A stretch of 63,146 nt of DNA from Trichoplax sp. H2 (Eukaryota): positions 62,001-125,146 of the forward strand of contig NOWV01000211.1 in assembly GCA_003344405.1 (NCBI GenBank). The letters run 5' to 3'. Shown one piece after another: positions 18,266-30,811 of this stretch. The notes beneath the pieces were generated by a model. That model ran no database searches. It had not been told where the DNA came from and saw only the letters and a list, made by a program, of their open reading frames with translations. Both the position numbers and the translations under genes were made by a program. How positions within the stretch are numbered: the stretch's first letter is position 1; each line of letters begins with the position of its first letter.

Positions 18266-20468
18266 GCAGTTCTCAATTGTATAGTTGTTTTAACGTAGAA
18301 TCAAAGGCGTCTAAATTCTTGTAAGTAGGGATACTGAATCCCGGAGACTATAGTAATTTAGAGATTTGTTTTTACGTTATACTTGTCACGAAGTTGGTTT
18401 GTGACAATTATACACAACTTGGAAGTGAAGCATAGAACAGCACACATATCAAGTACTACTGAAATAGTGTGAATGCCATCGGCTACCACATCAATTCCCT
18501 TACACTGTAATGAGCGGCAGTTTGCTGGCACTCCATATCTTGCGTCAATTATCCTACAAACTCATTTTACTCGTTTTACGGTGGTACTAGTATAAAGTAG
18601 AGGAGGATAATCAAGAATGTGTAGAATCATTTCAGCTGAATATTGGCAACTACAAAGCAAACTACCTCACACCACTCTACTGTGTATCGTGTATAGTCAG
18701 TGATCTATTTTGGCACTTCCTTCACTGCTGCTACCACAGCTCCAGGGAAGAATCTAAATTAAGTAAATAAATAAATAAGATAGAAAAAATATTTCGCCGC
18801 TTAAAAACGGTACTTCATATTAGTACAGTACTTTACTAACTTGAAGGTTCAGAGCAATTCGTCAACTGTATCATTAATGGTACAATGTACAAGGACAAAT
18901 TCAGATTGCCCCCCACCGGCCCTCACCAAAAAAAAATGGACATCACTCTGCAGTCGCGCTGCTATAAGTCCATATACTGCCACTGCTATTATACGCGGGT
19001 AGACACAACTCATTCCTCTATCCTTCTATAGACTATGGATAAAACTAGAACATCACTCTAGATATCATATAGTCTCCTATGGAAGCAAATTGTTTCCTTC
19101 CATCAATGAAAAATGAAATGACGGATGCGTAAATTTGCGGTAACGCTACAACAACTGATGAACACGGCTACAGCTAGCAGAAAGCGATTGAAATGGAATT
19201 TATATTTGGGACTTGATGCATTGTTAAATAAGCCTAATGCAATAAACTGTATCGTTTAGTAGATGAAAATGAATTAGTTAATCTACTGATAGGTGATGAA
19301 AGCAAACTGACACCTGCTGACGGTACGATAGGATTACTTTACTTGCCGAACTTACAGTGGAATAGTAAGCTAAAGAATAGCTTGCTACCTTAGACAAATT
19401 AGTCCTTATTTATATCAGCTATTTAACCACTATTGTAGGTCAAAGACTACCAACAACTTTCGCCAACATTATCATCTAGATTATCACAGGATTCTTAATT
19501 TACACCACGGACAAGGTCATGGTAAGCGAAGAAACACCTCGTTATTATGCTGTAGATCAATCATTATTTGTAAAGAATAGTCAACCACTACGATACGAAT
19601 ATGTTAATGACCAGCAACAGTGGATCCCTTCTATTTTCATCTTAACATCATCTACAGCTATAGCACGCTTTATTATCTTCCTACATGTTCACATTTTTAT
19701 CCTTCAAATCTTAATGTCATGGATATCAATTTATTGCTCATGGTAGCAAAGTGAACAACTTGCTCTATATTAAATAACCAACGTATTATTTGCATCATAA
19801 TTGTTACTTCAATAATCGATGCGTATTTCGCGAGATAAATGGCAACACTTACCGTAGTATTAGCTTACAAGCATTAATAAAATTGAAGATCAGAAAAGGT
19901 GAATAATAATACAATGAAAACGGCTAGCATAATTAATTTGTAAAGAAGAAATCAATTATTGTACCATCCAATTTATGCGACGTAGCCCAACATAGAAATT
20001 ATGACTAACTAGTATTTCATACTATTCCCATTAGTGTGGTAAAAGCAATACGTTTATTCTACTTTCAACTATTTGTTAATAGCCATTCTACATTAAAGTT
20101 AAATACTGCAAATTCACTTAATGCCGTCCATACTCCAGATGTAACCACCAGGACGTATGAACAATGCGTAAAAACAATTTGCGATCGTAAAATCAAATTG
20201 TATAACAACGTGAGGTAGTTTAAAGTGAGCTAAATCAAATCGTAATGTATCTGATTAATCATAAGTTATAATTTCGATGGATAATAATGAATTATCTATA
20301 ATTATCAGCTATCATAAAATAAATAAAAGTATGTACGCGTAGGTACTGTATTCGATATTAATAACAAAAACTCACTGTTAGCTTATAGATTAGTTCGAAT
20401 CTTTACAAATGAGTACTAGTCCTATTTGAAATGAATGCCATTGTAGTATCAGAATTTCTTGCTAATTG

Positions 20469-23400
20469 TTAAAATAGGCCACAATCTTTCAGGTTATTCT
20501 TGATAATAACATCGGTTACTGCATCAAACACAAATTGAATATTGTCCGTATCAGTAGCACAAGTGAAATGGGTATAAATTTCTTTAGATTCTTTCTTTCT
20601 GTTTAGATCTTCAAAAACAGTCTGAATGTACGAAGACGCTTCCTGATAATTATTAGCACCTAAAAGTTACGAATACCGTTAATATTATGCCCCAATTGAT
20701 GATAATTTACATCGTATCATCAAATAAATAAAGTCCCGTAGCAAATAATCCTCCTTTCTTTTAGAAGATAAACAGATTAAGCAAATTGAAGCGCAAGTTG
20801 CGATACAATTCACGCATAACGGCAACTATGGATGTAAAATATCCAATATAGCAAACTCTATTGCCGGCTATGCTGCTATAAAACAATTTATTTGCAACAT
20901 TTGAAACTTTTAATAAAGTATAAAATCAGAATGCAGTAATTTAAAATAAAATTTATCATTAATACGGTATAGTATCTTTGCATCATATTTAGTAGTGAGG
21001 CATAAACGATTAAACTCCAATTTAAGAATTTGACTATGCAATATCTTAAATCTGTAGTTTATCCAATACCAATACTAAATATTAAATTAATATTTCGTGA
21101 TTATATTATAGCTGCTGCCATACGATATTATAAACTGATTGAAGTCAAGTAAAGATTACCGGAATGATATATAATGAGTGTATACAGCTACAGACAGTAT
21201 TTACGTGTATTAACTTATAAAAGTAATTATTATTTGCAACGCTCAGAATTTCCTCAACCCACAATTATGGTGATCCAAACACTTTGATTAACATTGTAAT
21301 CAAGTCTAAATGAAATAAAATAAAGATAGGTATACATTTAATCTAACATAGTTAATACTGTACCACTGTATTCAGGAAAGCATAATGTTAGTGGAGATAC
21401 AGCTATCTTTTGCTGAAACAGATCTTTCTTGTTCAAAAATAAGATTATTGAAGTTTCTTCAAAGAATTGATTGTTGCAAATTGAATCAAATAACCGCATA
21501 CTTTCAACCATACGATTCTAATAATGCAAAGATAATAAATCACTTCGATGAGTATTATATGGTTTAAATTGATATTGACAACGTAATAATAACCTAACAG
21601 CTAGATCTAATCGATAGCCTATTAGCTTATCTATCGGTGACATTCATATACCTGTTTTGTAGATTAAGAAATCTACAATACTTGTTAATATATATATATC
21701 GACACCTTAACTATTAAATCTCACTGTTACCAACTTCTCTTAAAAAAGGATAGAGCACATTTAAATCTTTCAAGAAATTACTAAATGGTAGAGTGCCTTT
21801 TACTTCATAATGATTACAATCTTTTTGGCAGTACAAATTTTTAGCAAATAATCCACAAAGTACCACTCAAACAACACTAACTCTGATTGTAGTCAAGTAA
21901 ATCAGCTATAAATTATATGTGGAATTATGCAATGGTTTAGGTATCGTAGGCTGAACACGACAGTATGATACAGCAAAAAGAATTAAAGATTATGAAGAAA
22001 GTTAATCTTTCCAAATCGCTTCGGCATATTTTAATTCAATGAAAGCCTAAACCCTCCCTGAAATCAATATCCTACCAATGTATTACAATAAATAAGTATA
22101 CTTTTATCGGTAGAATATTGAAAAATCAACAAAACTACGCGTATTATTGATATACATCTTTGAATAATCTAAAATATAAATTTCATACATTGATAATGCG
22201 AAAATAAATAATCTACAGTAAAATATTACCTTGGACTGTGGTATTATAAGCTAATCGTACAATATTGCACTTTTACAGTATAGAAATTAGAAAGTGCTAT
22301 AACCCTATCAAGTTACGATACTAATCTTAGTATCTAATTTATTGAAAAATCTCTCCGAATTGGCAGTTGTATCTAAGTCTAAAATAACTATTATTCTACG
22401 GTATACGTATATGTGTTGTATCTTTTACTCCAATTATTCATACTTTTATCATAAAAAAGAATCATTTATGCCTTGCGTATGAGTACAAGAGTATTATTAT
22501 AGCATCTTCAACCATTATAATGGACGGTCAATTTTCACGCAAATGATTTATTATTTTTCATTTAATAGGCTTAAGGACATAAATAATATTTACGGTGTGT
22601 ATTTACTACTTCGTACTTTAGATAATGTAGTATAGAAAAACAACATTGCAATTATATTTACATAATAGCTACGGTCGAAAATTTATTTCATCAACGCATG
22701 ATGTTTAAAAGATAAATCGTGGTCTTAAACTATAGTAGCTGTAGTAAACACAGAAAATTATCTCAGCCTTTATAAACTTATAGATACGGCAATTCTTGAT
22801 ATACACGATCAAATTGACTATATCAACTGATCCGATATGACCTGATTGCATGATCTGAAATTAAATTTCCAGTAATGTCGTGACGATTAAAGAAAGCTTC
22901 TAAGCTAATACTATAGAAAATAATTATCGATCAAGCTCTGAATAATGTCAGTGTTCCAATCTCTCGTTATAAGTTAAATATTTCTAACTCTACTTGTAAA
23001 TTTAACTTACCATTTCTTCATCTTCCGCCAGTTTTAAATCATATGCGCTCAATGAAACACAAAATATTATGGCTGTTACACCTTCAAAACAATGAATCCA
23101 CTTTTTCCGTTCGCTTCGCTGGCCTCCAACATCTACCATTCTAAATTATTTGCATATTGTTAATGACTACGATAATATTTATGAAAAAAACATCGTAAAT
23201 ACCATAAAGTATAGTATTGAGTAAAAATTGATAACAGTATTACGGAAACAAGAGCATGCTTATCAGTGGATTATATAACTATTACAAACTTTAATTACTT
23301 CTTAGAAAAAGCAAATTGACTAGGTTAAGTAATCTACTATGATCTTTTGGAAAAATAATTACTCAAAACGAAGATCCCTGAAAGAAAATTGTGTCTCTAC

Positions 23401-26400
23401 AATTCCGGTTGTTTTCACTCTTGTCCTTAATACGTCTTGTTGGGTCGGAATATAATTTGACGTTCCCAGGCGATCGATATCATTCAAATAACTAAATTAT
23501 ATTGCAAGTATTCATCAAATCAATCAACTTAATTAATCTAGTTGCTAAAAAGCATGAATATGTCGTAAAAGACAATTAATCTAATCTTTTTCGTGGATAA
23601 AATACCAAGAGATTAGTCATATTTACGCATATTTCTTAATTTATATATTAAGGATGGCGATATCGTCATAGAAAAAACCGGGCACAATTTTCAATGAGAT
23701 TTACGAATGTTCATTTCATAAAAATATAGAGAGCTTAGAACTTACTATCCTGCAGAATCATTCAACTGGTATTCCCTAGATCGCTTGAAAGACTCTTGGA
23801 TTCCATTATCCGCCCAAATAGTCTTCATAAGAGTCAGTAATTTTTTACTTAGTTCAACACTGTCGCCTTGGCGTTCAATCATACTAAAATATTCCTTAGA
23901 TAAATCCTATTGCAAACCAAATGAAGTATAAGGAAAGGATTTAAAGACAAATATCGATGCATAAGCTTCAAATTTGTCATATTTATTATTTATTCCTAGA
24001 GATCCTATCTAATTGGACTTGATACCTGTTAATAGCACTAAAAGAAATATTGTAATTAATAAACATGTTAGGATTAGTACTGTATAAATTAATATCAGTA
24101 AGGAAATAAAAAAATTACTATATAACAATAAAGCTCTTTAATAAGAAATTTTCTGGTTAGAGTGTTGATAATTAATTGATAAAGAACAGTATCAAAATAA
24201 ATGTATGCATATTCTTTATTTTATTTAATTTCCATCAACTAAAATAATTACTGTCGTGAAATGCATCGTATATATAAAATTATCTGTCACTTTTGTTAAG
24301 TTACTGAGTAGTTTCTTTTAAATGTAAAGCTAGAAATGAATCAAGAAATTTATAAGCTAAGCCGGTATATTTAATCAATAATTGTAGCATAGAATTATTT
24401 CCTAGCTTCTACCGAAATATTTTTAACCCAGTAATAGTACAATAAATAAAAACAGCAGCATTTAACTTTATGCCTTGAATTACTTATAAATCCGTATTTC
24501 AAAGAATAAGGATAATTTTATAGAAGCTTACAGAATGATTATAGAATAATTATTACAAAATATATGAACATAAAATTGGTTATACCTTAAGTGATGGATT
24601 TTCAAACGGTATACCTAAGGGACCGCAAGCTCGAATAATTGTCGCCAACGATTGAACAGTATTATTATAGACGACTGGCCTGTACTGCACACAATCCTGT
24701 TCACTGTAGCCTTTTTCATGGATTATTCTGTTTTTAAACAATAAATCAGTAACGTAATTTATTGGATGTCACACAAATAATGACATATTGCGATTAATAA
24801 AATCGCTATGTTGCAGAATATGAAATACATTCTACAGAAAGAATACTACAAAAGTAATGACTAGATGATAGCCGCTATGGCTACTGTCATGGTTGGCTGA
24901 TGAACCGAACCCAAATAACAGTGCATGACAACCAGAAAAGAAATACTGGTCTATGTATCATTGATTATTTAATATATGAACGTATATACATAATAAGGTA
25001 ATTGCAGTTTCGCCATTGTCATATTTTTTATATTAACTCTCATTAGATATAACCTAGTACTGTTTAAGAGTTATAAAACGACTTTTAATTGCATCTTAAC
25101 ATAAACGGTAATTATTACCTCATTTGCTTAACGATAGTGCTTTTACCCGATTCTCCAGCACCTTCATTAGACAAAATTATAAATAAGGTTTAAGTATAAA
25201 ATATGATTTAGTTATGAATGTTAAAGATTTATTCTATATTGAATAATTATTTCAGTTGAATTATTTATACATGTAGCTGTATCATCTTGGGTTCTGAAGA
25301 TGATTGACAGCTACATAGTAATTAAACTTATTTGATAGTTAAATAGACTAAAGTCTTTTACATTATACAAGATACAATACATGAATTATATCATCTTGTA
25401 GAAACACATTTTTATTTACGAAAATATTTGATAGGAAATGCATTCATTTTCGAGGATGAAGCACTAAATTAGTTAAATTCACTATTAATTTTATCCTAGA
25501 AAATAATAGAAAATATTTAGTTTCTGGCAGATACAATGGAAATCTTAATGGAAATAATATTCATGATCAACGATTTCAATACGCTATTGTGATATCCACG
25601 TAATAATCAGAGTCTTTAGAATGATTTAGGGGCACTTTCGTTACTTTAAAATTTCAGCAATAGATAAATTGATAGCAATATTAATACCATCAATTAAAAA
25701 AAAGTGTAATAAAATGCATGCTGGTAACCGATTTAATGATCTATTGCATTTTACAACACTTAACTTTTAAAATTAAGGTTTAAAATAAAATCCGGATTTT
25801 ACATATTATTGTGTTATAACGTATTTGCAAGGATGGAAGGAGAAGAATGAGCAAATTTTTATTTTCTATAACATAAATAATTCGAATCTACCTAAATGAA
25901 GATACACCAATTATACGCCTACATTATGACAGAATTGAAATCTTATCCTGTAAAAACCTATCGGTATTATGGCCTCTCGTCATTATTGTATATCAAATAA
26001 ATTTCATACAATCGTCATCATCTTTATATACTTTTCTTAATTCTAAGGTTCGATTACTTGACCGTACTTTACTATTTAGGCAACATTGCCGAAGGAGTAA
26101 AACTTCAAGTTAGCAATTGCAATGTTTACGCCTCCACATAACTATTTTCTTTTGTGCACTATGCTTTATGAAGTTGCATTATACATCTTTTTAAGTCAAC
26201 ATTAAACTCTTACATTTTAAATTTATTTAAAAGAAATTAATTTATCAAGAATAATACCTTAGTGTGCTATCTAGATGTGCAGGTTTAGCAAGTATATATA
26301 CATTTACATATTGTATGCTTTTTTAATGCATAATTGTGGGCTATATGTGGACATATACATTAATGATAGAAATTGTAATCGCCGGATATCATAAAAGTTG

Positions 26401-27701
26401 GACTTAATTAGACTTAATCAAGCTTACAGTGTATACTTTTCTGTTAGTGAAATAAGATTCTTGCTACGTATAATATAACTTAAGAAGTTTGTTAATTAAA
26501 ATATAAAACTTTCTTAACTGTAGTGCCAAAAAACACATAACATTAAAAAAAAATAAGACTATAAATTTATACAGCATGTCACTGCAGTAATTATTGTAAA
26601 TTATCAGCGCATCAAGGACAATATCGTAATTGGCATATCTGTGAATAATACTAATTATTTGCTACCGGACACGAAGAATAAGTTTTATGAAAATTGTAAT
26701 GCATTTCACCATGGAATACTTTGTAGCCAGCACTAACTTTGCTCCCAAAACTATTAAAGTTTTAAGTAAAATATCAGGACTAGTATTCTTACAAACAACG
26801 TAATTATATAGGATGATTAAATCTTTATATTTGATAGGGATCATCTATTTAAATAATGATAAAATTCCAAGTACATATGCAAGTATTAATATTCATTTAT
26901 ATTCATTTCGGAAACTGATATTTCCATGGCAACCAGCAGAATATCTTAAACTTTACTAATTATATAAAATGTTACTGCTAGTATTTTACAGATAACAGAA
27001 TCTTAATTACCCTTGATACACCGTATGATATTTTAAAATAACGAGAAACATATCAAGTCAATAAAAATTTGATCCAGATAGATAGTTATAAGTATAATGA
27101 TTGGATTGTGAAAGTGCAAGAAGTAAAAAATAGATTTACTTAATTAGCTTCGTTCAAATCTTGTTTTATCCGTTTTTTGGATAGTAAATGAATCAGTTTA
27201 AATAAGATTATGGGCTGGGTAGCTTCAACAATATTCACTTATGAGTCTTAATGATATTGCCAATTAGTTATCAAATTTATCACTAATCATCACATACATA
27301 TCCTTTAGTAAAATCTATCTATAAAACAATTTTACCGCTTTTGGTGTTATTTTTTTAAACGGGCTGTTTCACAATGCTAGTTATTGAAACAATTTTAATG
27401 ATTTTGTTCGTATTTTATAGATAATATTCTATTTATTATTATCGTGCTGTTTTCGCTCAAATAGTTAAATTTTCTTACAGTACTAAAGTATCTTGTTTAA
27501 ACTGGATGGTAATAAGTTATTATGGTTACTATATAACGATTTAATAAAGCATGATAAAAGCAAGAACATCATCAATTTAGTACCTAACAGAAGCAATTTT
27601 ACTTCTTTAGCTGATACATCGCCGGAGGCTTTCAAATTTTTATCAATTATTTTACTTCGTTCTGCTGCGGCTCTTTCATCTTTACTTACTAAGCAGCCCA
27701 T
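20469..27701 (-). CDS. GNAI: Heterotrimeric G protein alpha subunit, Gi class (copy B), 8 exons
   Basis: Exons 27701-27584 (118, [18 protein letters not shown]), 25161-25119 (43), 24727-24586 (142), 23906-23746 (161), 23491-23363 (129), 23140-23011 (130, [12 protein letters not shown]), 21517-21364 (154), 20659-20469 (191, ..[11 protein letters not shown]). All introns are GT-AG and the frame is intact. Confidence 0.96.
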
Positions 27702-30229
27702 TGGTAAAACTATTTAAACAAATGCTTGTAATTCTTTCTGCTAATAGCCTGATAAACCAATTTATAGTAAGATAAAAAAGGAGAAATCTTATTAGTGTAA
27801 TGGATAAGTGAATCTATGCTATTCGGGCAATGATAATGCTGACAAAATTATTAGAATAATTTAAGAATGTTAATATAAGCATGGCTGCTGATCGTAGATT
27901 AATATCAATTTGCGTAAGTAAAAAAATGAAACATTAAAAAGTTTAAATATTAAAATAATGAATTGAGAGCCACTTTCGTCGCTTTACTGCAGATTTGAAA
28001 TGACGTAGAGCTACCTTATTAACATTTCTGTTCGACTTTCTAAACACATACGCATAACACATAACAAAAAATAATGCAAATTAATTTATAAAGGATATAT
28101 TGTGAAGGTATTTTAGCAAAATTGGGTAAAATTTAGTCAAAGTTAAAGTCAATTAATGTCCCGAAAAAAAATTATAATGAGAAAAATTCATTTATAATTC
28201 AGTTAGCTACATAACTACTTTGGAAGATATGATCATTATAATGTGTTGCTATCCATTACCAATAAAATAATCGGAGTTCCATATTACTTGCTTGATGTAG
28301 AGTAATTAATATTTGGGTAGATAGCATTAAGCGATATTGATATTATTGCTATCATCCACTAATAGTCATCACGCAAGAAAAATCAATATCTATATGTGCA
28401 ATGTAAAAATATGGTAAATTTTCGATGTCTAGTTTATTTATTTGCAACAAGATTATTATTAGCATCAATGTAAAACTATACAGAGTATAATCATTTTCAA
28501 ATATCAATTTTCTTACCTAGTGCACTTAATAAAACTTTACGAGCGAGATAATATTTTGAGATCTTTTTGCATATGCATAAAATTGATATTACAAAGCTTA
28601 TCACGATCAGATTCGTCATTTAATATTTGCTAATGCAATACTAGGTGATGACTTTAAATTCTAATCCAAGATTAGACTGTGATATATTGACAGCATCAAA
28701 CGTCTGAATCGAAGTTGAGTATATTTAGAATAAGGAAACAACCGAATAAGAGAAACAATAGGGTAGATCTAAGCTAATACGTATTGGACAAAACAATAAA
28801 CAAATAAATTCACATCCACCTGCTTAGTAAAATATTAATCAAGAGTGACCAATCACGTGGTTAATAGCTAAAACAGAACAATAATGTATATTTCTATTGA
28901 TTTAAGTTATTTATTAGGCTTTCAATTAATTTCCAATGTCGTCGAAAATTTTAATAGATAATGGTGATGGTTATAATGGAAAATGTACCTATCATGATAG
29001 CCACTCTATTCAATTTTTATTTAAATTTTTAGTGTTCGCTTAGTGAATAGCTAACAAATTGCCGGTTGTAGCTTCAACCGATTATTATCAGCAATAAATG
29101 TTTGATTTCTCCGCATAATTTAGGTGGATTTATGATATGAAGGGCCGTATAGACCTAAAGATATCGCTAACTAAGAATTAATAGTATAATTTCAGCCATC
29201 TTTTATTATCTGTTTATAGTACTTCTACAACCAGTTACTCATACTTATAATTTATTTTAAGCATCAGTTAAGAATTTTTAATCTTCAATAATCAAAATAG
29301 AGAATATTTATAATATTTACCGTTATGTTACTATATTTATACTGCTATAGATTTTGGTACGTAGCCAAATGCGATTGCAAAGATTTTTCAACTACTTTAA
29401 CGGCTACTACCGTTAGCACAATTTTGGTATACGTTATAATGGAATAAGATACCGCAGAAAAGCTACTGGTAGCATTGTTACTTTAAATTCCCTACATTCA
29501 AACGTTAATCTTAATCGATCAATTTTAGGCAAATTAATGCATCCACTGCTTATTTGCTTGTGTTTGTTCCCTGTCTTTGCTATCTAATTTTAAAATAAGA
29601 AAGCAAGTATCACTTATTATGCTAATCCTGAGTGAAACCAGAATATAAAAAACTAAATTAAACTATCCTCATAAAAACATCTAATAAAAGTATTATTTCT
29701 TGAAAAGTAATCCGCTTTATAGCCTAGCTATATTGATTCTCTTACCTTGCATTAGATTTGTATAAAAGTAAACGCAGCCTAAGTAAAAATATTGTGTTAG
29801 GCTTCACTCTTTTAAAGTGATAGGACATTGAAAGTTGAAATAAATTTACCATATTCTATTAGCAACTTATCCTATTTCGAATAAACCGGATATTATTTAT
29901 AAAATCTGGCTTACATCGAATTATTCTGTTGTCCTCTTTTACATTATATTATATTATTTAAGCTATTACATCATACTGTAGGCATAAGAATAACTAAATT
30001 ACCGTAAGTGCTACTTTTAGATCCAAACTATCCAGTAATATTGGCTATAGATGAATCAGCTACTAAAAAAATATCTTCAAATGAGCTATCCTTATTCATT
30101 ACGAATTGTGATAGCCAATGATATATTTGCTTGTTGATACCGGATATTGGCTTTAAAGCAATCATAGATGGGAACAAAATAAGTAAAGGTGAAAATTCGG
30201 GATTGTCTTCTATCTGTTAAATGCGTAGC

Positions 30230-30811
30230 TTTCGTGGTACGAACCACCGTAAAGCGTAAATGACTAAGTTTAGTGGTTAACATTTATATACTGTATAAAG
30301 ATAAATAATAATGACTTACAGTAACTACGGTAGTTTTTATTTTGTTACAGTAAATTATGCTGTACTGTAGTAAGAGTTCTCATACGAAAACTAATGTTAA
30401 TTGATTATAGTGTTATGTCTTGTAACGCTTATGATGAATATCCTGAAGATATTCAATTATAGGTGATACTATAAATAATTCTATGTATGCACTACTGTAA
30501 TCTAATTACCTAGAATCATTAAGTACATATTTAAGATTATGAACAATTTCTGTATTAATTTAGCTATCAAATATGAAGTAAATTTCATGGACTGGTATAA
30601 CAAATGCATGATAGCTGTAGCTGAAGGGGTATTTAAGCTTCGCAGATAATTGTATAAAAGAAGAGTTCTATAGTTGTCAAACGTAGAAGCAAAGGTGTCT
30701 AAATTCTTGTGAAATAGTTCTAGTTAAGGGATACTGAATCCCGGAAACTATAGTAATTTAGAGATTTGTTTTAGGTTATCTTCACCGCGAATCTGGTTTG
30801 TGATTGTGACA
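30230..30811 (+). mobile_element. Diverged solo LTR related to family A
   Basis: Starts T(T)TCGTGGTACGAACCACCGTAAAG and ends GATACTGAATCCCGG..TTGTGACA. 5 bp TSD GTAGC (30225-30229, 30812-30816). Confidence 0.75.

Larger units (their letters stand above)
16939..18406. mobile_element. Gypsy-derived gag-only element with 98 bp perfect terminal inverted repeats made of the LTR 3' end
   Basis: 16939-17036 is the exact reverse complement of 18309-18406 (TGTCACAAACC.../...GGTTTGTGACA). Flanks are GTTAT/ATTAT versus a single ATTAT at the empty site 16419-16423. Contains a gag ORF, a PBS and the 3' part of LTR family A. Confidence 0.9.
16180..18663 (+). repeat. ~495 bp duplication (16180-16674 vs 16695-16938 + 18407-18663): empty and filled versions of an insertion site
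   Basis: Near-identical sequence lies on each side of the N gap 16675-16694. The second copy is interrupted by the element at 16939-18406. Confidence 0.88.

Noticed and set aside
16939..18406. DIRS or PIF/Harbinger classification
   Set aside because: The TIRs derive from a Gypsy-type LTR seen elsewhere as solo copies with 4-5 bp TSDs. A tRNA PBS is present, and there is no recombinase or transposase.
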